58,599 nucleotides of DNA, taken from assembly GCA_048882485.1 (NCBI GenBank), contig JBHLRP010000009.1, positions 16,118 to 74,716 on the forward strand, read 5' to 3'. The notes beneath the pieces were generated by a model that saw only the letters and a program-made list of their open reading frames with translations, ran no database searches and was not told the origin of the DNA. The stretch is from Candidatus Thorarchaeota archaeon (GTDB lineage Archaea; Asgardarchaeota; Thorarchaeia; Thorarchaeales; Thorarchaeaceae). A program made the position numbers and the translations under genes. Positions within the stretch are counted from its first letter, which is position 1, and every line of letters starts with the position of its first letter. Below, in pieces: positions 18,359 through 26,997 of this stretch.

Positions 18359-20314
18359 ATGGACAAGACCTTTGAGTTCGGCGGCGAGATTGTCTGGCGC
18401 CCCACACGTGAATATTTAGAAAAGGCACGATTGACTGAGTTCATGCAGCTCCATGGGATTTCCAGTTTTGATCTATTAATGAGCCGCTCAACAGAGGATG
18501 TCCCATGGTTTACAGATGCCGTCTTGAAGTACCTTGATATTGAGTTTGACAAGCAATATGACAATGTTGTAGACCTTTCCAGAGGGATTGCGTGGCCAAA
18601 GTGGTGCATTGGTGGCAAGATGAACATAGTTTACAACTGTCTTGACAAGTACATTGGAACGCCTACTGAATCCCAAGATGCATTGATGTGGGAGGGTGAA
18701 GATGGCGTAACACGCTCGATGAGTTATGGAGATCTTCATCTTGAGGTCAATAAGGCAGCAAACGCATTGAGGTCTCTTGGGCTAGGAAAGGGTGATGCAA
18801 TTGGTATATTCATGCCAATGGTTCCTGAGATTGCAGTCGCACTGCTAGCGATTGTTAAGATTGGTGGAATAATCCTTCCTTTGTTCTCTGGGTTTGGCGA
18901 GAGTGCAATCGTAGACAGATTGGCAGATGCTGATGCAAAAGCGCTGTTCACAGTCGATGGTGCGTTTCGAAGAGGTAGAATCATCCCCATGAAACCAGTC
19001 GCGGACAAGGCCGCAGAACGAATTCCTACTCTGGAGCACATGATTGTACTAAATAGGACAAACCATCCCATTAGCATGGAAAATGGACGTGACCACTGGT
19101 GGGCTGACATAATATCAATACAGTCGGAATCCTGCCCAACCGAAATCACAAACGCCGAAGATCCTTTGATGATTATCTACACGTCAGGGACAACCGGTCT
19201 GGCAAAAGGAGCAGTGCACACTCACTGCGGATTTCCAGTGAAGGCTGCTCAAGACATGGCATTCGGTACTGACCTTCACCCTGGCGAAACTATCTATTGG
19301 ATGACAGATATGGGCTGGATGATGGGACCTTGGCTTGTCTTCGGGTCGTTGATTCTTGGAGCGACATTCTTCCTATTTGATGGGGCACCTGACTACCCAG
19401 GTCCGAGTCGTCTTTGGGAAATGGTCGCACGGCACAAAATCTCTGTGCTTGGTGTTTCGCCTACACTCATCAGACTTCTCATGACCTATGGAGAGGGCCC
19501 TATTGAGAATCACGATCTATCGTCACTTCGGATATTTGGTTCTACTGGAGAACCTTGGAACCCTGATCCTTGGATGTGGCTATTCGAAAAGGTCGGGGGA
19601 GCGCGTGTGCCAATCATAAACTATTCCGGAGGAACAGAAGTATCAGGAGGAATTGTCATGGGAAATCCGTTGCTTCCCCTTAAGGCATGTGCGTTCTCAG
19701 GGCCCTGTCCAGGGATTGCTGCTGATGTATTTGATGAGAACGGTCAGCCGGTCAGGAATCAAGTAGGAGAGCTTGTCATAAAGACGCCTTGGATTGGCAT
19801 GACACGTGGTTTCTGGAAGGACCCACAGCGGTATGAAGACACATATTGGTCACGCTGGCCTGATGTATGGGTGCATGGTGACTTTGCAGCCATTGATGCA
19901 GATGGCTTATGGTATATTCTGGGTAGGTCGGACGACATAATCAAGATAGCAGGAAAGCGCTTCGGACCAGCCGAGGCTGAATCAATTATTGTAAGTCACC
20001 CTGCAGTTACAGAGGCTGCAGCAATTGGAGTTCCTCACAAAATCAAATTGAACGAGCTTGTTGTCTTCTGCGTTTTGATGCCAGGTAAAGATCCTTCAGA
20101 TGCGTTACGCAAGGAGTTGAAACAGATGGTTGCTGAAGCTATGGGCAAGCCACTTACTCCTAAGGCCGTCTTATTTGTCAGTGACCTGCCAAAGACTCGA
20201 AATGCAAAGGTGATGCGCCGCATGATACGCGCTGCATACTTGGGAGAGGACCCGGGTGATACTGCCTCATTGGTCAATCCTGAAGCAGTCGAAGAGATCC
20301 GTCGAGCCAAGTGA
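18359..20314 (+). CDS. AMP-forming acyl-CoA (acetate-CoA-like) synthetase
   Basis: YTSGTTGLAKG, STGEPW, HGD...GRSDD.IK.AGKR, LPKTRNAKVMRR. Confidence 0.93.
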   Translation: MDKTFEFGGEIVWRPTREYLEKARLTEFMQLHGISSFDLLMSRSTEDVPWFTDAVLKYLDIEFDKQYDNVVDLSRGIAWPKWCIGGKMNIVYNCLDKYIGTPTESQDALMWEGEDGVTRSMSYGDLHLEVNKAANALRSLGLGKGDAIGIFMPMVPEIAVALLAIVKIGGIILPLFSGFGESAIVDRLADADAKALFTVDGAFRRGRIIPMKPVADKAAERIPTLEHMIVLNRTNHPISMENGRDHWWADIISIQSESCPTEITNAEDPLMIIYTSGTTGLAKGAVHTHCGFPVKAAQDMAFGTDLHPGETIYWMTDMGWMMGPWLVFGSLILGATFFLFDGAPDYPGPSRLWEMVARHKISVLGVSPTLIRLLMTYGEGPIENHDLSSLRIFGSTGEPWNPDPWMWLFEKVGGARVPIINYSGGTEVSGGIVMGNPLLPLKACAFSGPCPGIAADVFDENGQPVRNQVGELVIKTPWIGMTRGFWKDPQRYEDTYWSRWPDVWVHGDFAAIDADGLWYILGRSDDIIKIAGKRFGPAEAESIIVSHPAVTEAAAIGVPHKIKLNELVVFCVLMPGKDPSDALRKELKQMVAEAMGKPLTPKAVLFVSDLPKTRNAKVMRRMIRAAYLGEDPGDTASLVNPEAVEEIRRAK

Positions 20315-20376
20315 TAGGCCTATGGCGAGGATTTACTAGTGTCTTTGTGCAATACGAAACACGCTGAGGGAGATAC

Positions 20377-21339
20377 TTGGCCATAGATCAAGAAGCAGTA
20401 AGAAAAGGTACAACAATCAAAGAAATTCCCTCCAAAGCAGCTACATCATCAAGGGTGCTGCACCTTGATAGTGAATACCTTCTTCCTTCTACCTACATAA
20501 TCGAGTCTCCCAGTGCACTACAGATTCTGCTTGAACCATGGATGGTGGGTGCCAGGCTAGCCAACTTCGCAAGGGACAGTAGTGTAGATTTCATCCGCGC
20601 TGCGTTTGACCTGGTTCCAGAGTTTCAAGAAGCATCGTTGAGTTCAGTCACAGAGGTTGTGCCTCTTGCTGGCGCCCTCTACTATAGCTTGGCTGAAGCC
20701 TTTGCTTGCGTGTTTGGAGAAACCATTAGTCGTTGTTTCATAGGTGCAAAACGTCATCTCACTCCAACTGGGTGGAAGACTGACCTGTCATACGAGAACT
20801 TCGAGGCACTCTCACCCAGTCCTATGATTCTTATTGGTGATACAATCGCAACAGGCGGAACTATTGAGAGCATAATCGAAACTACGCTGAGCCAGGCGTC
20901 AGATGTACGTGCAATTCTGGTCTACTCCATTGCTGGTGGACTCCAGGGTGCAATACGCCTGAAAGAGATCTCAGACAGGATTGATCCTCCCATATACACG
21001 TTCTATTCCAATGCAATCTTTGGTGTGGAGGCAAATGGGACAGATATGCCCTGGTTCCATCCCGGGACTATAGCCACTCCTGAGATGAAAGACAAAGTCA
21101 TGGAGGCATATGGGCCAGAATTGGCACGTCGTTGGTGTTGCATCTGGGACTGGGGGGACCGAGCAAAGCATCCTTTGAAGCACCTAGAAGAGTTGTTAGA
21201 GCGAACTGAGTCCGAACTGATTTCCATTGAAAACGGGAAGACTGCTGAGGTGCTCAATAGAATACGAGCTGAAACCACTTTGGCGCTCGAGAGATGGGGT
21301 TCGCGTCTAGTCATTTCAGAACATGAGCCTGAGCAATAG
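20377..21339 (+). CDS. Type I phosphoribosyltransferase-fold protein (uracil PRT-like)
   Basis: PRPP-loop-like ILIGDTIATGGT; C-terminal WDWGDR resembles the UPRT GDAGDR motif. Confidence 0.65.
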   Translation: MAIDQEAVRKGTTIKEIPSKAATSSRVLHLDSEYLLPSTYIIESPSALQILLEPWMVGARLANFARDSSVDFIRAAFDLVPEFQEASLSSVTEVVPLAGALYYSLAEAFACVFGETISRCFIGAKRHLTPTGWKTDLSYENFEALSPSPMILIGDTIATGGTIESIIETTLSQASDVRAILVYSIAGGLQGAIRLKEISDRIDPPIYTFYSNAIFGVEANGTDMPWFHPGTIATPEMKDKVMEAYGPELARRWCCIWDWGDRAKHPLKHLEELLERTESELISIENGKTAEVLNRIRAETTLALERWGSRLVISEHEPEQ

Positions 21340-21409
21340 GACTATTCCTTGCTAAATAGACATTGAGAAAGGCACAAAACGATATACACCGAGCAACAGG
21401 AGGAATACG

Positions 21410-22192
21410 ATGACGAGCACACGAGATATTCTTGAGGCACTCTCTTCAGGAAAAATCAGTATAGATGATGCAGAGAAGGAACTTCGTGCTCTGGCTCTTA
21501 CTCAAGTTGGCAACATTGGAATGATTGATGTCAGCAGGCAGGAGAGATGTGGCGTCCCAGAGGTTATCTTCGCAGAAGCAAAGCCCATAGAGAATCTCAT
21601 CAGTATTGTCGAGGTTGTGATTGATAAGATTGGGGCGGTACTTCTCACCAGAGCCAACCGAACCAAACTTGATGGACTCAAGAAGGCTCATGAGAATCTT
21701 GTCTTCGATGTGTCTGGACATGAAGATCATCTAACTGTTCTAATACACAACAATGACTGGTCGGATCCACCGAAGAGTGGCAAGATTGCTATCATTACTG
21801 CGGGGACCTCAGACATTGCGTACTCACGTGAAGCCGAGGCCTTAGCCCGGATAATGGGAGTAGAGGTCTTGACTTTCCATGATATCGGCGTGGCTGGAAT
21901 TCATCGCCTTATAGAACCAATAGGGACAATAATCGAGGAGGGAGTCGATGCACTCATCGTCTTTGCGGGTATGGAGGGTGCGCTGCCAACTGTCATTGCA
22001 TCCCTAGTTGACATCCCAGTCATTGGCGTGCCTGTTCCAACAGGCTATGGTCATGGCGGTAAGGGAGAAACCGCGTTGGCATCGATGCTTCAGTCCTGTG
22101 CCCCTGGACTGGCTGTTGTCAATATAGGAAATGGACTTGGTGCAGGTGCAGTGGCCTGTTTAATTGCTAAAAGATGTGTGAATAGGTCCTGA
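21410..22192 (+). CDS. larB: Nickel pincer cofactor biosynthesis protein LarB
   Basis: GVPEVIF, AGTSD, DIGVAGIHRL, AGMEGALP, PVPTGYG, MLQSCAPG..VVNIGNG. Confidence 0.95.
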   Translation: MTSTRDILEALSSGKISIDDAEKELRALALTQVGNIGMIDVSRQERCGVPEVIFAEAKPIENLISIVEVVIDKIGAVLLTRANRTKLDGLKKAHENLVFDVSGHEDHLTVLIHNNDWSDPPKSGKIAIITAGTSDIAYSREAEALARIMGVEVLTFHDIGVAGIHRLIEPIGTIIEEGVDALIVFAGMEGALPTVIASLVDIPVIGVPVPTGYGHGGKGETALASMLQSCAPGLAVVNIGNGLGAGAVACLIAKRCVNRS

Positions 22193-22266
22193 GAATACTA
22201 ATTGTCATTATGCTTGAAATGCAAGGCTTATCTCTGATTCGTATTCGCTAGCACTTGGTGTTCTAA

Positions 22267-22632
22267 TTGACAAGTGTATGTGTGATAGGAGTCTATGTTG
22301 ATGACATGGAGAAAGCCCTGGACTTCTACTGCGACAAGCTTGGTTTCAAAGTGAGGCATAAGTATGATGATTGTCTAATCCATCTGGAAAATGAAGGACC
22401 ATCGCTTATTCTTGAAACGACAGAAAATCCTGCTAACGCGCAATATCCTGGTACCTCTCAAGTGGCACTTGGCATCGAAGTGAAAGATGTGGAAGCGGCC
22501 GCAAAGAGGCTTAGAGGACTTGGCGCTGACGTCATTCACGACTCACCTCAGAAGTTCCCAGTAGGAATCTTCATGGCCGTTCGAGATCCTGCTGGAAACC
22601 TGATTGAGCTATTGCAGTTTGATGAGAACTGA
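22267..22632 (+). CDS. VOC (glyoxalase/bleomycin resistance) family protein
   Basis: VDDMEKALDFYCDKLGF, RDPAGNLIEL. Confidence 0.9.
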   Translation: MTSVCVIGVYVDDMEKALDFYCDKLGFKVRHKYDDCLIHLENEGPSLILETTENPANAQYPGTSQVALGIEVKDVEAAAKRLRGLGADVIHDSPQKFPVGIFMAVRDPAGNLIELLQFDEN

Positions 22633-22649
22633 CTAGACACAATGGTTCA

Positions 22650-23096
22650 TCATCTCATCTCCTGAAACTCTACCAAGTTGTCGAGCAGTCTACGAAGATA
22701 TTCCTCGAATTCTTCTATTTCATCCCTAGAGAATCCACGATAGAACAAATCCGTCATTTCCCTTGAAACTGCTAGATATTTCTGGTGAAGTTTCTTAGTC
22801 TTCTCGGTCAGAGAAACCAAGGTCCTGCGCTTGTCGACTTCAGAATCCTTTCTCTCAACAAGTCCTTCCGCGTCCATTCGTTCAAGCATATCTGTCAGAG
22901 TCGACTTGCCAAGCCGAGTTCTTTTTTTCAACTCAGTAATGGAGATGCAATCGTCTTGCCAAAGCGCAAATAGAATTCTACCTTGGCCTGGACTCACCTC
23001 AATGCCATAGTCATTGAGCTTCTTGGAAAAGATTCTCCCTGAGAGGTGATGTACCTTAGTGATTAGGAATCCTCCCTCGCTGACACTCAAGATCAA
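22650..23096 (-). CDS. MarR family transcriptional regulator
   Basis: QGRILFALW, KSTLT.ML.RM...GLVER....DKRR..V.LT. Confidence 0.92.
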   Translation of the reverse strand: MILSVSEGGFLITKVHHLSGRIFSKKLNDYGIEVSPGQGRILFALWQDDCISITELKKRTRLGKSTLTDMLERMDAEGLVERKDSEVDKRRTLVSLTEKTKKLHQKYLAVSREMTDLFYRGFSRDEIEEFEEYLRRLLDNLVEFQEMR

Positions 23097-23569
23097 TCAC
23101 CAATCTCAATCTGGAAAGTCTTGCTCTGGTTCCACCCTTTTGCCACCCTCCCATGAAAACGCAGGACCGTATGATCCGGGTCGTCGTATCCAGCTGGATA
23201 GTATCTCTCCCAGCCGGCATGCCATATTGCCTGTTTCGTGTTCAGGTTCTCGACTATCTCAAGTGTTCCGCCCATCATGGCACCGCGCGACTCGTCAGGA
23301 AGGCAGTAGTAAGCTGCTGCGTTTGGATTGGCTTTGATATCTTCTATCTTCGTCGAAGACGTGTTTGTCGAAAAAATCACATAGAATTCGTCTTCATGAT
23401 TCGAGAATAGTGATTCCAGTTTGGGGAACTTCTCCCTATTTCTAAGATTAAACATGGCTCTTGTCTGCGGAAAGCCATTTCTGTCAATGGTTGTCAAATA
23501 TGCTGGCCATGCCTCATTTAACAGCCTTTTGCATAACTGTCTTAGTTCATCTTCACTCATTTCATTCAC
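23093..23569 (-). CDS. Pyridoxamine 5'-phosphate oxidase-like (general stress protein 26 type) flavoprotein
   Basis: YLTTID.NGFP.TRAM, STNTSS.K...I..NP, YYPAG.DDPD. Confidence 0.88.
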   Translation of the reverse strand: MNEMSEDELRQLCKRLLNEAWPAYLTTIDRNGFPQTRAMFNLRNREKFPKLESLFSNHEDEFYVIFSTNTSSTKIEDIKANPNAAAYYCLPDESRGAMMGGTLEIVENLNTKQAIWHAGWERYYPAGYDDPDHTVLRFHGRVAKGWNQSKTFQIEIGD

Positions 23570-23578
23570 CTCGATTAT

Positions 23579-23623
23579 TAGTTCGGTACCGAATCAAATA
23601 GTACGGTTTCGTACTATTTAAGG
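23579..23623 (-). promoter_or_regulatory. Tandem palindromic operators and TATA box of the PNPOx-marR operon
   Basis: AAATAGTACG-GTTT-CGTACTATTT (23596-23619, perfect 10-bp inverted repeat); related TAGTTCGGTACCGAATCA (23579-23596); minus-strand CTTAAATA overlaps the upstream edge of the perfect repeat. Confidence 0.8.
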
Positions 23624-23645
23624 ATTAGTGGTTGCGTAAGATTGC

Positions 23646-24497
23646 TTACGTCTTCACCGCCCAGAAAATCACAAGTCCTGGAAATGTTTCATAAGCTCCA
23701 CATTCAGTGAAGTTGGCTTCTATCACGGCACCAACATCATCACCTTCAACCACTCCCAGCTCGGGATAAAGATGCGTTGATGTCACACGGATGAACTCTC
23801 CCAGTCCTGGTTTGGTAGGCTCATCAAAGAATACGAACGGAGCCATAATTCTGAGCGCGCCTCCAGCCCTCAGGACGCGTTTGCACTCAGCGATAGCCTG
23901 AGGGAAGGATTTCCTCTCAGGCACACCAATCAGCCAGACCTCTGCAAACCGCTCATTTGGAGATGCTATATCACAGATGTCGCCTTTCATTTCTCGATAA
24001 TTGATTCCAGTCCGCTTTATCATTGATGCATCTCCAAGGATGTCCAGGGGTGACCCTTCGTGTCTGGTCGCTAGATATTCAACGGTCTTCATGTCCCTCT
24101 CTTTGAGAAGAGGAAATGATGCCAGTAGAACTCTGCCTTCAATCCTCTCTATTTCCACCACATCTAGTACGTCATGAAGGTAAGTTGCTGCCGTATGTCG
24201 ATAGGCATCATAGAAATGAAGGACAATCTCAATTGCGTCTTTTAGAATCTCTCGTAGCCTTGTTTCTCCTCGAGGGCCCAGCCTATAGACACGCCTATCT
24301 GGTCCATGAGGGCCTGATTCCTTTCTACTCTCCACAAGCCCCTCTGTTTCCATGGCTTGTAGCCAGCGGTAGAGTGTGGTCAGTTGGAGTTCCCTAGCCT
24401 CTCCGGGGAGAGCATAAAGCAAGTCATACCCATGATGCGGTGCATGATCCAAAGCGAGGAGAATTCTGTCCCTAATCCAATCCTTTGAAACCTTCAA
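23646..24497 (-). CDS. PadR-type wHTH fused to a degenerate SAM-methyltransferase-like domain
   Basis: HGYDL...TLYRWL..ME.EGLV...GP.RRVY.L; C-half GDICDI....F.EV...ECKRVLRAGG. Confidence 0.8.
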   Translation of the reverse strand: MKVSKDWIRDRILLALDHAPHHGYDLLYALPGEARELQLTTLYRWLQAMETEGLVESRKESGPHGPDRRVYRLGPRGETRLREILKDAIEIVLHFYDAYRHTAATYLHDVLDVVEIERIEGRVLLASFPLLKERDMKTVEYLATRHEGSPLDILGDASMIKRTGINYREMKGDICDIASPNERFAEVWLIGVPERKSFPQAIAECKRVLRAGGALRIMAPFVFFDEPTKPGLGEFIRVTSTHLYPELGVVEGDDVGAVIEANFTECGAYETFPGLVIFWAVKT

Positions 24498-24579
24498 GCT
24501 ATATGCAACTCCACGTATAGCTATGTGTGCATTGGTACTTATCTTCTCCTCCTCATAGAATCAATATGGTGAATGACCA

Positions 24580-24813
24580 ATGAAATGTGAATCGTGTGGA
24601 ATGACGATGACTAAAGCCGAGGATTTCGGCGGCGGGAAGATGAACAACAAGACTTGTGTTTATTGCAGTGATAGTGAAGGAAATCTCAAGCCTAGGAATG
24701 AGATCCGTGAAGGGATGATCCACTTCTGGATGCAGCGTGAGAACATAGACCGTCCGACAGCCGAGAAGAAAACTGATGAGTACATGAGTATTCAACCTGC
24801 TTGGAAGACCTAG
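24580..24813 (+). CDS. Small zinc-ribbon protein
   Basis: CESCGM, CVYC...G, C-terminal P.WK. Confidence 0.8.
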   Translation: MKCESCGMTMTKAEDFGGGKMNNKTCVYCSDSEGNLKPRNEIREGMIHFWMQRENIDRPTAEKKTDEYMSIQPAWKT

Positions 24814-24996
24814 TCAGAAATGTAGAATGAATTCATCAAACTTTTGCGAAATATGGACCGGAGAATGGAGGGCTATTTCTCCTTTTCCTGCCACTTGGTC
24901 TGCTGGAAGTTGTCTAATCTTCGGGATAAAAAGATAATCTAATAGTATTCCCGATTTTTCAGTCATCTTATATTCAATCTTAGCGAGGAAATCGAC

Positions 24997-25305
24997 ATGA
25001 ACGAATACACTGACGAATTCGATATTGAGTCCTTTATCCATAGATGTCTGAAGGAACTGGAGCTAGCTGCTGTTGTTGGAAGAAAGGCAAAAGAGATACT
25101 GAAGCGTGCTGCGGAGGCAGGTATTCCCCCAGGACAAAACCCAGTAGGACAGGCGTCCGCAGCAGTCTACGTAGCTGCAATTCTAACAAAGAATCGTGTG
25201 ACGCAGCGCGCTCTAGCCGAGTTCGCTGGAGTTTCGGAGGCGACCATCCGGAAGCGATATGTGGAACTAGCGAGGGGCTTGGGATATTACGGCAGCAAAA
25301 GCTAG
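24997..25305 (+). CDS. Stand-alone TFIIB/TFB C-terminal cyclin-repeat (HTH) protein
   Basis: GQNPVGQASAAVYVAA...VTQRALAEFAGVSEATIRKRYVEL. Confidence 0.85.
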   Translation: MNEYTDEFDIESFIHRCLKELELAAVVGRKAKEILKRAAEAGIPPGQNPVGQASAAVYVAAILTKNRVTQRALAEFAGVSEATIRKRYVELARGLGYYGSKS

Positions 25306-25312
25306 CTCCATG

Positions 25313-26266
25313 CTAGCTGTTGTTCGCTATGCGTCTTGCTTGAAGTACTTGTATCAGAGCCACACAGAGAGCCATTAGGATTAAGCCAAACCAATCAAGA
25401 AGATCAGGCATCTCTCCTAGGAAGACTATGGACAGGACAACGATCTGTGGTAGCATCGTGCTATTAATCACGGTGATATCCACAGCTCGAAGAGTTTCCA
25501 TCGCTCTGTTCCAGATGGTGAACGCAAGGGCTGTATTGACAACACTCAACCATAGAATGTACAGGAATGCCATGGGAGTTATTATTGTCATCCCCTCTAG
25601 AATCAGACCAGTAACAACCATCAGACACGCCCCTATTGTCATGCTAGTCCCAGTTATCACTAGAGGTGGCGCTGACTGCTCTTTGTTGATGGATCTCCCC
25701 AGAATCGATGAGAGTGCGTTGGCCAATACGCCGATTAAGACCACAATGAGGCCAATGGTCTGTGAGAAATCTAGGTCTACTGGATAGAAGTATATCATTG
25801 CTCCTGCAACAACCAAAAACACGAGAACTGCCTGAGTTCTAGTTGGTATCTCTTTTAACAGCACAACGCCCAGCCCAAGCACAACAATTGGGGTCAGGTT
25901 TAGTAGCATCGATACTGGTATTGCATCCAGTAGGTCAAGACCAATGAACTGAGCCGCTTGGGTGATTGCGACAAAGACGATGCCATAGAGACATATCCTC
26001 CACCACCATCGTCTGTTCTGTTGCTTTAGTGACAAGCGGTATGCGGAGTTTGACAGTATTAGAACAAGAAGGATTATGGCTGCAATAGCATATCGGAGAC
26101 CTGCAAATGTGATGGGGGGGATTCCCTCCTGCTCGAGACCGAATTTTATAATGACCCAAGAAGATGCCCAAAGTACTGTGACAAAGAAAGCCTCTACCAC
26201 AGCCCTATAGTGCCTCTTGGTGGTCATGACTTCGCTAGAAACATCAATGTCAGTAGCTGGCTCCAT
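25313..26266 (-). CDS. DMT/EamA family transporter
   Basis: LWASSWV..K, PP..FAGLRY, about ten hydrophobic segments. Confidence 0.9.
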   Translation of the reverse strand: MEPATDIDVSSEVMTTKRHYRAVVEAFFVTVLWASSWVIIKFGLEQEGIPPITFAGLRYAIAAIILLVLILSNSAYRLSLKQQNRRWWWRICLYGIVFVAITQAAQFIGLDLLDAIPVSMLLNLTPIVVLGLGVVLLKEIPTRTQAVLVFLVVAGAMIYFYPVDLDFSQTIGLIVVLIGVLANALSSILGRSINKEQSAPPLVITGTSMTIGACLMVVTGLILEGMTIITPMAFLYILWLSVVNTALAFTIWNRAMETLRAVDITVINSTMLPQIVVLSIVFLGEMPDLLDWFGLILMALCVALIQVLQARRIANNS

Positions 26267-26333
26267 TTCTGCGGATACACCCGTGTCAGTAGATTGATTA
26301 GAAACGAATTAGTATGATGCCGTCATAAGACGG

Positions 26334-26987
26334 GTGCATATAATGGTCCTTCAGTGTACTATTGAGGTTGGTGCAGAGGATTACTACTCCTGTGATCTAA
26401 CTCGCAAAATCCCAGTTCGTGTCACACTTGTCACCATAAATGGGGATACTGGCTTTGGGATTACCGAATCTTCAATCGGTGATGAGGAAGCAATCAAGAA
26501 CTACATCAAGAGCCTTGAGTCTTCACCAAGCATCAAGGAAGTGAATATTCTTCATAGGTCCCAGTACGCATATTGGACTAGAGTAGTCCATAGGCTGAGT
26601 AGGGCGTCTATACATGAAACTATCCTTGACAGTGGGTGCATGACTCGTCTTCCAATAATTGTGGAAAATGGACTCCAGTATCATACTATATTGGCACCAT
26701 CTCAAAATACCCTGAGAGAGTTGATTCGATTACTTCGAAAACGGTTCCCTCACGTGCGTATTAAACGACTGAGGTCTCAACCAACCTCTTCGTTTAGAGT
26801 CCCTTTGACGGAGAAACAGCAAGAAGCATTTCTTCTTGCATTTCAGTCAGGTTACTATGAGATGCCTCGTAAATCACGCATTGACCAGTTGTGCAAGAAA
26901 CTTGGTATCAAGCGTGTGGCAATGCAAGAACGACTAAGACGAGCCGAGAAGAGAATCATCTCCGAATTTGCAGAGACACTGTCATAA
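26334..26987 (+). CDS. Bacterio-opsin-activator-type (HTH_10) transcriptional regulator
   Basis: LTEKQQEAF..AF.SGYYEMPRK....L...LGI.....ERLRRAE. Confidence 0.9.
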   Translation: MHIMVLQCTIEVGAEDYYSCDLTRKIPVRVTLVTINGDTGFGITESSIGDEEAIKNYIKSLESSPSIKEVNILHRSQYAYWTRVVHRLSRASIHETILDSGCMTRLPIIVENGLQYHTILAPSQNTLRELIRLLRKRFPHVRIKRLRSQPTSSFRVPLTEKQQEAFLLAFQSGYYEMPRKSRIDQLCKKLGIKRVAMQERLRRAEKRIISEFAETLS

Positions 26988-26997
26988 TAGAGTTTCA

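Noticed and set aside
1088-22215. 13-bp repeat TGTCATTATGCTT at 1088-1100 and 22203-22215
   Set aside because: Short, AT-rich, different position relative to downstream genes; compatible with chance
24814-25041. 75-aa minus-strand ORF between the Zn-ribbon and TFB-repeat genes
   Set aside because: No motif, overlaps the likely promoter and start of the TFB-repeat gene
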